Origin: an uncultured Chromatiaceae bacterium
GTDB lineage: Bacteria; Pseudomonadota; Gammaproteobacteria; Tenderiales; Tenderiaceae
NCBI GenBank assembly: GCA_945787735.1
Contig: CALZIQ010000002.1
Span: 5,654-69,653 of the forward strand
Direction of reading: 5' to 3'
Length of the DNA stretch: 64,000 nt
Part shown: positions 19,239 to 27,879 of the stretch, piece after piece
How positions within the stretch are numbered: position 1 is the stretch's first letter
How the letters are laid out: every line of letters begins with the position of its first letter
Translations under genes and position numbers: made by a program
Notes under the pieces: model-generated
Told to the model about the DNA's origin: nothing
Databases searched by the model: none
The model's input: the letters and a program-made list of their open reading frames with translations, nothing else

Positions 19239-20064
19239 TCCCTATCTACCCTATGAAGCAGAAGTGGTGGAACGGATTCAAGAGTCGTCCACCATCTTCA
19301 CTCTACGGCTGAAGTTTACCGATGATGAACAACATCAACGTTATAGTTTTGCCCCGGGCCAGTTCAATATGGTTTATCTGTATGGCGTGGGGGAGGTGCC
19401 AATCTCGATTGTGTCGGACCCAGGGGATGAACATTGCTATGACCATACCATCCGTGTCGTCGGTCGGGTAACACGAGGCCTGGCGGAAGTAAAACAGGGG
19501 CAGCGGGTCGGCATTCGCGGACCCTTTGGTAGAGGTTGGCCGCTGGACAAGGCCGAAGGGCGCGATGTGTTGATCGTTACCGGCGGCCTGGGCTGTGCGC
19601 CGGTGGTGTCGGTGATCAATTACATCATTAGCCGACGTGACCGCTTTGGTCGCTTGACTATCATGCAGGGTGTTAAGCATGCGGATGATTTGCTCTGGCG
19701 TGAGCGATACAAACTGTGGAGTCAAATGCCGGATACGAATGTAATCGTCGCGGCAGACACAGGTGGTAAACAGTGGCCCTGGCGTGTTGGGCCTGTGATT
19801 GCCATGTTCGATGAGCTGGAGCTTGTGCCGGCTGCAACTATTGCCATGATGTGCGGGCCGGAAGGCATGATGCATGCCGCCATAAAACGTCTACTGGAGC
19901 TGGGTATGACGGACGAAATGTTGTTCATGAGTATGGAGCGCAACATGCAATGCGCCGTCGGCCATTGCGGCCATTGCCAGTATGGCGGGCAGTTTGTCTG
20001 CAAGGATGGCCCAGTGTTCGCCTACAATGAGATTAAAGATATATTTGGTAAGAAGGGATTTTGA
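19231..20064 (+). CDS. hydG: Group 3b hydrogenase gamma subunit (FAD/NAD(P)-binding, 2Fe-2S)
   Basis: PGQFNM, RGPFGRGW, GGLGCAP, CGPEGMM, ERNMQCAVGHCGHCQ..CKDGPVF. Confidence 0.9.
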   Translation: MINPYLPYEAEVVERIQESSTIFTLRLKFTDDEQHQRYSFAPGQFNMVYLYGVGEVPISIVSDPGDEHCYDHTIRVVGRVTRGLAEVKQGQRVGIRGPFGRGWPLDKAEGRDVLIVTGGLGCAPVVSVINYIISRRDRFGRLTIMQGVKHADDLLWRERYKLWSQMPDTNVIVAADTGGKQWPWRVGPVIAMFDELELVPAATIAMMCGPEGMMHAAIKRLLELGMTDEMLFMSMERNMQCAVGHCGHCQYGGQFVCKDGPVFAYNEIKDIFGKKGF

Positions 20065-20088
20065 TTTTTTCGGAAATCGGGGGTAGGT

Positions 20089-20493
20089 ATGAAAGAGTAC
20101 AAGTTTGAAGAAGAGGAAACCTGGAAGCTGGCGCGCGAACTGGCCTGGGATGTGTATGGCATCACCAGCCGTGGCGCCTTTGAAACTGACCACCGAGTGC
20201 GCAACAGCGTGCGCGCTGCCAGCTTTGCCATTATGGCCAATGTGGCTGAAGGGGTAGAGCGTGGAGGTACATTGGAATTCGTCCATTACCTATCCAGGGC
20301 CAAAGATGCGATCGGTGAGTTGCAACAACAATTGATGAAAGTGCAAGAAAAGGGTTTTATTAATAGCACCACCCTGGCGCGCCTAGAAACGACGCTGGAG
20401 TCACTCGGTTGCATGATCAGCGGCTTGATGACCTCGATCAACCAGGATTTTATTAACGCGGACAGTGTGAGTGTCAGTTATCAAGACGCCTAA
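20089..20493 (+). CDS. Four-helix-bundle protein (23S rRNA intervening-sequence protein family)
   Basis: WKLARELAWDVY...RAASFAIMANVAEGVERG..EFVHYLSRAK pattern; own RBS (TAGGT). Confidence 0.8.
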   Translation: MKEYKFEEEETWKLARELAWDVYGITSRGAFETDHRVRNSVRAASFAIMANVAEGVERGGTLEFVHYLSRAKDAIGELQQQLMKVQEKGFINSTTLARLETTLESLGCMISGLMTSINQDFINADSVSVSYQDA

Positions 20494-21271
20494 CAAGCCA
20501 AGAATCGCCGTGCACAAGTTCAGCTCGTGCGATGGCTGCCAGCTTGCCTTGCTTAATCTGGGAGAGCCGCTATTAACCCTGGCCGAGCTGGTCGAGATTA
20601 TTCACTTTGCTGAGGCGGGTCCGGTTGAGCCTGATGCCGAGATTGATATCGCCTTTGTCGAAGGCAGCATTACCACACCGGATGAAAAAGAACGCATCCA
20701 GCGTGTGCGCGCCAATAGTCGTTATCTGATCACGATTGGAGCCTGCGCCACTGCCGGTGGTTTGCAGGCGCTGCGCAATAATGCCAATGCCAGCGATTGG
20801 ATGGCGGCGGTCTATCCTTCGCCTGAATTCATCGACACGCTAAGCACTTCAACTGCTATTGCTGAACACGTGCGGGTTGATTTCGAATTGTGGGGTTGTC
20901 CTATTAACAGTCAACAAATTGTGGCGGTGGTGCGAGCCCTGCTGTTTGGTGTGACGCCTGTGAAAGAAAATGACAGCCTCTGCATGGAGTGCAAACGCCA
21001 AGGCAATGTCTGCGTGCTGGTGACGCAACAGCAAGCTTGCATGGGGCCGGTGACCCAGACCGGCTGTGGTGCCCTGTGTCCCAGCTTCGGGCGCGATTGC
21101 TATGGTTGCTATGGCCCCAAGGAAAATGCTAATGCCGATTCCCTGTCGCAGCGTTTTCAGGGCTTTGGTCTAATGCCAAAAGAGATCGCACGCAGGTTTC
21201 TGCTCATCAACAATCATGCCCCGGCGTTTGCCGAGGCGGGCCAAAAAGCGATAGAAGCCGAGCATGACTGA
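20471..21271 (+). CDS. hydD: Group 3b hydrogenase delta (small) subunit
   Basis: SSCDGCQ, EGSITT, GACATAGG, GCP, CMECK..C..CMGPVT..GCGALCP...CYGC; no Tat signal. Confidence 0.92.
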   Translation: MSVIKTPNKPRIAVHKFSSCDGCQLALLNLGEPLLTLAELVEIIHFAEAGPVEPDAEIDIAFVEGSITTPDEKERIQRVRANSRYLITIGACATAGGLQALRNNANASDWMAAVYPSPEFIDTLSTSTAIAEHVRVDFELWGCPINSQQIVAVVRALLFGVTPVKENDSLCMECKRQGNVCVLVTQQQACMGPVTQTGCGALCPSFGRDCYGCYGPKENANADSLSQRFQGFGLMPKEIARRFLLINNHAPAFAEAGQKAIEAEHD

Positions 21272-22562
21272 GCTGCGTGATACCTCCATTCGAGTGCCGG
21301 TGTTGGCCCGGGTTGAGGGCGAAGGTGCGCTTGATCTTGAGATCCGTAAGGGCAAGATCGAAGCATTAAAATTGCGCATCTTTGAACCGCCGCGCTTGTT
21401 TGAAAAGTTTCTTGAAGGCCGGGGCTATGACGAAGTGCCGGACATTGTTGCACGCATCTGTGGCATCTGTCCGGTGGCTTATCAAATGAGTGCCGTGCAT
21501 GCTATCGAACAGGTGTTTGAGTGTGATCCCGGACCTTGGGTTCGAGCTATGCGCAGGCTGCTTTATTGTGGTGAGTGGTTAGAGAGCCATAGTCTGCACA
21601 TCCATTTGTTGGCGCTGCCTGATTTTCTCGGTTTTAGCGATGTCACCGCGATGGCAAAGCAGTATCCCGATGAAGTGAAACGTGGTCTGGCTCTACAGGA
21701 GATCGGTAATGCCCTGGTCCGTTTTCTGGGTGGGCGTTCAGTCCATCCGGTCGGGGTGCGTGTGGGGGGCTTTTACAAGGCGCCGTCTGCCAATGATGCC
21801 AAGGCGTTGTTACAAAACGTGCAGGCGCAACTGCCTAATGCCGAAGCGCTGTTGCGCTGGAGTGCAACACTTGACCTGCCTGATGCGCCTCAGCAGTTTG
21901 TCAGTTGCTCAATCAAACATGCAGCGGAATACCCGATGAACGAAGGCCGTATCGTCACCGATGTAGGGCATGATCTGGCGATTGATGCATTCGATCAACA
22001 CTTCAAGGAGCATCAGGCGCCGCATTCTACTGCCTTCCATTGTCACCTCGATGGCAAACCTTATATGGTCGGTCCATTGGCGCGATTGAACCTACACTGG
22101 CAACAGCTACCTGATTCACTAAAAGCGTTGATGCGGGAGTGTGGTATTCTATGGCCCAGCGCTAACATGTTTCATAGCCTCATCGCGCGGGCAGTAGAGA
22201 TTTATTATGCCTTGCTTGAGGCATGTAGCATTCTTGAAAATTATTCAATACCAGACAGCCCATATACAGAGGTCACGCCTAAGGCTGGGGTTGGTTATGG
22301 CTGCACCGAGGCGCCACGCGGCATGTTGTGGCATCGCTATGAGCTGAATGATGTTGGCGAGATTATGCATTCCATCATCGTGCCGCCTACCAGCCAGAAC
22401 CAGGCCAGGATAGAACAGGATCTGCATGACGATCTTCTAACGTTTGGTTTGAACAATTCGGACGATGCCCTGCGGCTGCGTGCCGAGACGGTGATTCGCA
22501 ATTACGATCCCTGTATCTCCTGTTCAACCCACTTCCTCGATCTGCGTGTTAAACGCGACTGA
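21264..22562 (+). CDS. hydA: Group 3b [NiFe] hydrogenase alpha (large) subunit
   Basis: RVEGEG, L1 RICGIC, EAPRG, L2 DPCISCSTH with a short cleavable tail FLDLRVKRD. Confidence 0.95.
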   Translation: MTELRDTSIRVPVLARVEGEGALDLEIRKGKIEALKLRIFEPPRLFEKFLEGRGYDEVPDIVARICGICPVAYQMSAVHAIEQVFECDPGPWVRAMRRLLYCGEWLESHSLHIHLLALPDFLGFSDVTAMAKQYPDEVKRGLALQEIGNALVRFLGGRSVHPVGVRVGGFYKAPSANDAKALLQNVQAQLPNAEALLRWSATLDLPDAPQQFVSCSIKHAAEYPMNEGRIVTDVGHDLAIDAFDQHFKEHQAPHSTAFHCHLDGKPYMVGPLARLNLHWQQLPDSLKALMRECGILWPSANMFHSLIARAVEIYYALLEACSILENYSIPDSPYTEVTPKAGVGYGCTEAPRGMLWHRYELNDVGEIMHSIIVPPTSQNQARIEQDLHDDLLTFGLNNSDDALRLRAETVIRNYDPCISCSTHFLDLRVKRD

Positions 22563-22952
22563 TGCACTGCCTCCAGCGCGGGTGTTGGGGGTTGGCTCTC
22601 CCTTTGGTCTGGATCAGATTGGCTGGCGTTTGCTTGAAGTCCTGCAACAGTCGACACGCCTCATGCCTTATCTAAATAAACAGCTCATGTTGGAAGCCGT
22701 TGACTGGCCGGGTGTCAATTTGCTGCATTATTTTGATCAGGCGCAGTATGTGCTGCTGTTGGATGCGGTGCTGGGTGATGATTGCCCTCTGGGTGAAGCT
22801 AGGTGTTATTCCATGATGAGGTTCAGCGTGCTGGGCGGCTCAATTCCAGTCATGGCTTTGGGGTGCAAGAGGCGCTTAGCCTGGCCAACACTCTGGGCCA
22901 GCTATCTAAAAACTTGGAGATTGTCAGTGTATCGGTTGGCGGCGATGCCTAG
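22546..22952 (+). pseudogene. Hydrogenase maturation protease, frameshifted
   Basis: First frame gives RVLGVGSPFGLDQIG...LLLDAV; the conserved SSHGFGVQEALSLA..LG continues in the -1 frame from ~22809 to TAG 22950-22952. Confidence 0.8.
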
Positions 22953-23004
22953 CACACAAAAATCGACTGGAATGTAACTATTTCGGCGCTGGCCGTGTCT
23001 TTAG

Positions 23005-23026
23005 GAAAGTGAAATTAGTCACATTT
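23005..23026. promoter_or_regulatory. CRP/Vfr-like binding site
   Basis: gaaAGTGA-aattag-TCACAttt vs consensus aaaTGTGA-N6-TCACAttt. Confidence 0.6.
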
Positions 23027-23151
23027 GCGAGTGCATTTTGAGCAAAAGCGTGACGTATTAGCTGTTTCTGCTTGACCTTATTACAGTTTTTTAAAATTAA
23101 TGTCGATAGTGTTATTGCGGAGACGGTAATTATATTTTTTGTAGGTGCTTT

Positions 23152-23298
23152 ATGAAAGTGACAATGACGAAAATTTGGATAGTGGCAGGGTTTTTGGCTG
23201 TGATCAGTATTGCCCAGGCAAGTCATGAAGAATCAGTCGAAAAAAATCCGGCACAGCAACTGCTGGTTGACTCCAGTCCACACTTCAAGCAGAACTAA
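23152..23298 (+). CDS. Putative 48-aa secreted small protein (not in ORF track)
   Basis: MKVTMTKIWIVAGFLAVISIAQA|SHEESVEKNPAQQLLVDSSPHFKQN*; TAGGTG RBS; Sec-type signal with A-Q-A site. Confidence 0.5.
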   Translation: MKVTMTKIWIVAGFLAVISIAQASHEESVEKNPAQQLLVDSSPHFKQN

Positions 23299-23307
23299 AC
23301 GCTTTTT

Positions 23308-25704
23308 TTATTTTTCAGCTCCCTCGTTCTCAATATCCAACACCACCTGCGTCATCCGGATCACGCTGTCGGGATTGAGCGAAATAGACTCAATACCCTG
23401 TTCGACTAGCCATTCGGTGATTTCCGGATAGTCTGATGGCGCCTGGCCGCAGATGCCCACATATTTGTTTTTGGCTTTACAGGCGTTTATCGCCATCTCG
23501 ATCAATTTCAAGACCGCCGGGTTGCGTTCATCAAAGCCGCTAACAATGCCTGAGTCGCGATCTACCCCAAGGGTTAGTTGGGTCAAGTCATTCGAGCCGA
23601 TGGAAAAGCCGTCAAACAGTTCTAGAAAATCATCGGCGAGTAGGGCGTTGGCGGGGATCTCACACATCATGTAAATCTTTAAACCACTTTCACCGCGCGC
23701 CAGGCCTTGTTGCTGCATGACTGCCAGCACCTTTTGTGCTTCGTTCACACTGCGAACAAATGGAATCATTAATGAAATGTTGTCTAGCCCCATCGTTTCA
23801 CGTGCATATTTCATTGCCTCGCATTCAAGCGCAAAGGATTTTGCAAATGCTTCTGAGGGATAACGGGAAGCACCACGAAAACCGATCATGGGATTCTCTT
23901 CTTTCGGTTCGAACTGTTCACCACCGATCAGCGAGGCATATTCATTGGATTTGAAATCGCTCATGCGCACGATCACCGGTTTAGGATAAAAGGCGGCGGC
24001 GATAGTGCCCACGCCTTCGGCAAGGCGCTGCACATAAAATTCCTTTGGTCCGGCGTAACCGGCGATGATGGGGTCGATTTTCGCTTTGATCTGTTCATCC
24101 ATGCCGGCATAGTCGAGCAGGGCATGGGGATGAATGCGGATGCTGTTGATGATGAACTCCAGCCGCGCCAGACCAACACCCTCGTTGGGCAGCCGACAAG
24201 CTTCGAAGGCCTGCGAGGGATTGGCTAGATTCATCATGATGTGGGTCTTGGGGCGGGTCAGGGCATCAAGGTCGAGCTGTTGGCTATCAAACTGCTGTAG
24301 CCCTTCATAGACAATGCCGTCATCGCCTTCGGCGCAGCTGACCGTGACCTGCTGATCATGACTGATGGCCTGGGTGGCATTACCGCAGCCGACGATGGCG
24401 GGGATGCCCAACTCACGTGCCACAATCGCTGCGTGACAGGTACGGCCGCCACGATTAGTGACAATGGCGGCGGCGATCTTCATTACCGGCTCCCAGTCTG
24501 GGTCGGTGATGTCGGTGACCAACACCTCGCCGGGTTTGAGGTTATGCATGTCCGCCGCTTCGATAATCACACGGGTGCTACCGGCGGCGATCTTCTGACC
24601 CACACTCTTGCCGCGCGTCAGCACCGGCCCACGTGATTTTAGTTGGTAGACCTGGGCGTAACGGCTGTCGGCGCTGGACTGCACGGTTTCCGGTCGGGCT
24701 TGGAGGATGAACAGCTCGCCGGTCTCGCCATCGCGCGCCCATTCAATATCCATGGGGCGTGGTTGGCCTGCCTCTTTTGAATAATGTTCTTCGATGATCA
24801 CAGCCTGTCGCGCCAGGCTCAGCACTTCTTCATCGTTGAGGGCGAAGCGATTGCGGTCTTCCTGTTTGACACGCACGTTGCGGGTCGAGTGGCCTGCCAT
24901 CGGGTCTCGAGTGTAGATCATCTTGATCGCCTTCTCGCCTAGCTGCCGTTTTAGGATCGGTCGCTTGCCTTCAGCAAGTTTGGGTTTGTAGACATAAAAC
25001 TCATCCGGGTTAACCGTGCCTTGCACCACGTTTTCCCCCAGGCCGTAGGCGGCGGTGATAAAGACGACATCGCGGAAACCAGTTTCGGTGTCAATGGTGA
25101 ACATAACCCCAGAGGCGCCACAGTCGGCACGCACCATCTTTTGCACACCGATGGATAGCGCCACGTCCATGTGATCAAAACCTTGATGGATACGATAAGA
25201 GATAGCCCGATCGGTAAACAGCGAGGCAAACACATGCTTGCAAGTCGCGATCAGATTGTGGCTGCCGCGAATGTTGAGATAGGTCTCTTGTTGGCCAGCG
25301 AAAGAGGCGTTGGGCAGGTCTTCGGCCGTGGCTGAGCTGCGTACGGCCACGTCGGTATGTTCACCATATTCCGCTTCGAGTTGTTGATAGGCCGCATCGA
25401 TCTCATCGGCCAGGTCTTGTGGCATGTCGGCATGGTTGATCCAGCTGCGAATGCGTGAACCGGTGGTAGTCAGCGCGGTGATATCGTTGCTGTCTAATTC
25501 TTCCAATAGTTGTTTGATGCGTTCATGCAGATGATTGTGGTCTATGTAGTGTCGATAGGCCTCGGCTGTGGTGGCAAAGCCGTTAGGAACCTTCACTCCC
25601 TTGTTGGTCAGAGAGCTGTACATCTCACCCAGGGAGGCGTTCTTTCCACCTACCAAGGGGATGTCATTGATGCCCAGTTGATCAAAACGTCGAATATAGC
25701 GCAT
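23308..25704 (-). CDS. ppsA: Phosphoenolpyruvate synthase
   Basis: VGGKNASLGEM, AVRSSATAEDL, GGRTCHAAI (phospho-His), FSIGSNDLTQ, GICGQAPSD. Confidence 0.97.
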   Translation of the reverse strand: MRYIRRFDQLGINDIPLVGGKNASLGEMYSSLTNKGVKVPNGFATTAEAYRHYIDHNHLHERIKQLLEELDSNDITALTTTGSRIRSWINHADMPQDLADEIDAAYQQLEAEYGEHTDVAVRSSATAEDLPNASFAGQQETYLNIRGSHNLIATCKHVFASLFTDRAISYRIHQGFDHMDVALSIGVQKMVRADCGASGVMFTIDTETGFRDVVFITAAYGLGENVVQGTVNPDEFYVYKPKLAEGKRPILKRQLGEKAIKMIYTRDPMAGHSTRNVRVKQEDRNRFALNDEEVLSLARQAVIIEEHYSKEAGQPRPMDIEWARDGETGELFILQARPETVQSSADSRYAQVYQLKSRGPVLTRGKSVGQKIAAGSTRVIIEAADMHNLKPGEVLVTDITDPDWEPVMKIAAAIVTNRGGRTCHAAIVARELGIPAIVGCGNATQAISHDQQVTVSCAEGDDGIVYEGLQQFDSQQLDLDALTRPKTHIMMNLANPSQAFEACRLPNEGVGLARLEFIINSIRIHPHALLDYAGMDEQIKAKIDPIIAGYAGPKEFYVQRLAEGVGTIAAAFYPKPVIVRMSDFKSNEYASLIGGEQFEPKEENPMIGFRGASRYPSEAFAKSFALECEAMKYARETMGLDNISLMIPFVRSVNEAQKVLAVMQQQGLARGESGLKIYMMCEIPANALLADDFLELFDGFSIGSNDLTQLTLGVDRDSGIVSGFDERNPAVLKLIEMAINACKAKNKYVGICGQAPSDYPEITEWLVEQGIESISLNPDSVIRMTQVVLDIENEGAEK

Positions 25705-25787
25705 GGCCTACCTGCCTTCTTTTCGTTTCCTGTTTCCTCCAATAATAGCCTTCCTGTTGCTCGAATGAAGTAATTTGTCGTTTGCGG

Positions 25788-25814
25788 GGAACCTTTTGTG
25801 AGCAGGTAGCGTGT
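25788..25814 (+). promoter_or_regulatory. ECF sigma-type promoter upstream of the sigma gene
   Basis: GGAACC-N16-CGTGT; the same motif and spacing recur at 26447-26473. Confidence 0.7.
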
Positions 25815-25921
25815 AAGCAAGGATATCTCCCTGTCTGTCCCCTAGTTGCGTAATCCGATTTAAGCTTTGTTTAAGTTTCGCTTTCTAGCATGGAATCAGT
25901 AAAGCCATAGAGCGGAATATC

Positions 25922-26476
25922 ATGACAACTCTTTTCTCACGCTGGCGGAATAACCAAAGTGCATTTGAAGCGTTGGTGATGCCGCATGTCAACGGTCTTT
26001 ACCGATTGGCGTACCACTATTGTGGTCAGCAATCGGATGCGGAGGATCTGGTGCAAGAACTGTTGCTCAAGCTGATTCATCGCATTGAGGACATGCAAAA
26101 GGTAGAACGGTTGCGTCCTTGGTTGGCCAAAGCGCTTTATCACCTGTTTATCGATCGGCTTCGAAGCCAGCAGCGCAGCCCAATTGACGCGATGCAGCCA
26201 GAGCAGCTGGAAATCCTGCAAGAAGGGTCAGTTTCAGGTGAGAGCAGTGAACGGCTTGTTTTGATAGACAATATTGCCCGAGCGCTGCGCCAACTCAATC
26301 ATGAACAACGCATGCTGGTGGTCATGCATGATGTGGAGAATTATACGCTAGCCGAGCTGGAATCGATTCTCGATACCCCTATCGGCACGCTCAAATCCCG
26401 CCTGCACCGGGCGCGGGCAAAATTGCGCCAGATTCTAACCGATGAAGGAACCAAATCCCTCTCAACAGCGTGTTAA
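25922..26476 (+). CDS. ECF RNA polymerase sigma factor
   Basis: LYRLA...DAEDLVQE...RPWL (region 2); PIGTLKSRLHRARAKLR (region 4). Confidence 0.95.
   Translation: MTTLFSRWRNNQSAFEALVMPHVNGLYRLAYHYCGQQSDAEDLVQELLLKLIHRIEDMQKVERLRPWLAKALYHLFIDRLRSQQRSPIDAMQPEQLEILQEGSVSGESSERLVLIDNIARALRQLNHEQRMLVVMHDVENYTLAELESILDTPIGTLKSRLHRARAKLRQILTDEGTKSLSTAC
26447..26473 (+). promoter_or_regulatory. Second ECF-type promoter inside the 3' end of the sigma gene
   Basis: GGAACC-N16-CGTGT, 22 nt before the anti-sigma start codon. Confidence 0.7.
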
Positions 26477-26495
26477 TACTTGAGAGGATAACAAA

Positions 26496-27173
26496 ATGAA
26501 TTGTGAACAAACGCAACAACGATTGGACGATTACCTGGATGGAGACCTCAACCTCAGGGAAGAGGCCGAGCTGCACGCTCATCTCGATCAGTGCAAGACA
26601 TGTCGAGTGCGGGTGCGGCAGGCGGAAGAGGTCCTGACCGGTCTGAAGGTAGTGAAGGTTCCGGAGATGACGCCGGGCTTCGCTCATCAGGCCGTTCGCC
26701 AGGCAGCCAATCAGATCAAACCACGTTCACACCGCACAGCTTTTGTGGCGGGATTCAGTTCTGCTTTGGTGGCGGGGTTGGCCTTGGTGTTTGTCATTGC
26801 CGGTTTGTTGCCAGATCACAGCGATATCAGCACAGAAATGCTACCGCAGGTGGCAATTTCAGTTGAAACACCACAAACAGTCAATCTTGCCTTTGATCTT
26901 GCGAATGCAATTCAAAATGCCACTCTCAGTATCGATTTGCCAGAGCATATCGAAGTGGTTGGGTTTCCCGGACTCAGACGCTTGTCTTGGCAAACAAATC
27001 TGACCCGGGGGCGCAATGTCTTGCCTTTGCCATTAAAAGGGGTTGCGCAGACAAACGGTGAATTGGTCGCCACGGTTGAGCATGATGGCAAGACCAAGAG
27101 CATTCGAATCAATGTGCGGGTTGATGAACAGCTGACGCCTAAAGCTGATCTAGCCACGCTTAAATTGGTATAG
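26496..27173 (+). CDS. Zinc-binding anti-sigma factor (zf-HC2) with TM helix and periplasmic beta domain
   Basis: MNCE...LDDYLDGDL...HLDQCKTC (HxxxCxxC); one TM; beta-rich C-terminal domain (LSWQTNL..GRNVLPLP); GAGG RBS. Confidence 0.9.
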   Translation: MNCEQTQQRLDDYLDGDLNLREEAELHAHLDQCKTCRVRVRQAEEVLTGLKVVKVPEMTPGFAHQAVRQAANQIKPRSHRTAFVAGFSSALVAGLALVFVIAGLLPDHSDISTEMLPQVAISVETPQTVNLAFDLANAIQNATLSIDLPEHIEVVGFPGLRRLSWQTNLTRGRNVLPLPLKGVAQTNGELVATVEHDGKTKSIRINVRVDEQLTPKADLATLKLV

Positions 27174-27199
27174 ATTGCGGCATGAACAGGAGTTGTTTG

Positions 27200-27823
27200 G
27201 TGAAAAAGTTCAAATTGACAGCCGTTGTCGTTGCAATGTTGAGCCTGACTGTACCCGTGCATGCGCGTGATTTTGATGATGACATCACGATTCAGGTTAT
27301 TGAAGCCTTTGAAGATGAACGCAACGGGGAGGATGTCAGATTTATTGAGCTACCTGACATCAGGTCTCAGGAAGCGCATGAGGCGATGGAACGTGTGCAA
27401 GAGCGCCTACAAGAGCGTGAATGGGAATTAGAACGCGAGCATGAGCGTAATGAGCAGGATGAACATCTGGAAGAGCATGACCGCGATGAGCTTAAGGATG
27501 AGCACAGCGATGATGAACGTGATGACCTGGAAGATTCGCGTGATGAAAACGACCGTGACGAGTATCAGGAGTCCCGCGACGATATTGCCGACGATCTAGT
27601 TGATGAGCGAGATGAGATCAATGACGACCTGGGTGATGAGGTGCGTGATGAATTGCTTGAAGACAGTCATAGCGAAAGCCAGGAGCTGCGTGACGATGTA
27701 AGCGAAGACGATCACGCAGAAGAATCCGAAGAAGAACGAGATGATCGAGATGAGTGGGATGATCATGAAGAGTCCGAGGATGAGAGAGACAATGAAACGT
27801 CTGAGGATGATGATCGTCGATGA
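27200..27823 (+). CDS. Secreted highly acidic low-complexity protein
   Basis: AGGAG RBS + GTG; signal MKKFKLTAVVVAMLSLTVPVHA; mature region about half Asp/Glu (hand count 90 of 185) with scattered His. Confidence 0.8.
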   Translation: MKKFKLTAVVVAMLSLTVPVHARDFDDDITIQVIEAFEDERNGEDVRFIELPDIRSQEAHEAMERVQERLQEREWELEREHERNEQDEHLEEHDRDELKDEHSDDERDDLEDSRDENDRDEYQESRDDIADDLVDERDEINDDLGDEVRDELLEDSHSESQELRDDVSEDDHAEESEEERDDRDEWDDHEESEDERDNETSEDDDRR

Positions 27824-27879
27824 CTGCAATTGATTTATCTGCAAGTGGTCAGTTGTTTATGTCAATGGAAAAAAGCTGA

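Noticed and set aside
20089-20493. Diversity-generating retroelement (Avd-like gene)
   Set aside because: No reverse transcriptase and no TR/VR repeat pair seen in the window
22978-23226. 82-aa minus-strand ORF after the hydrogenase operon
   Set aside because: No motif or clear RBS; the plus-strand signal-peptide ORF and CRP-like box explain the region better
27380-27823. CRISPR or tandem DNA array in the GATGA-rich stretch
   Set aside because: No fixed-length repeat-spacer structure; it reflects Asp/Glu codon bias
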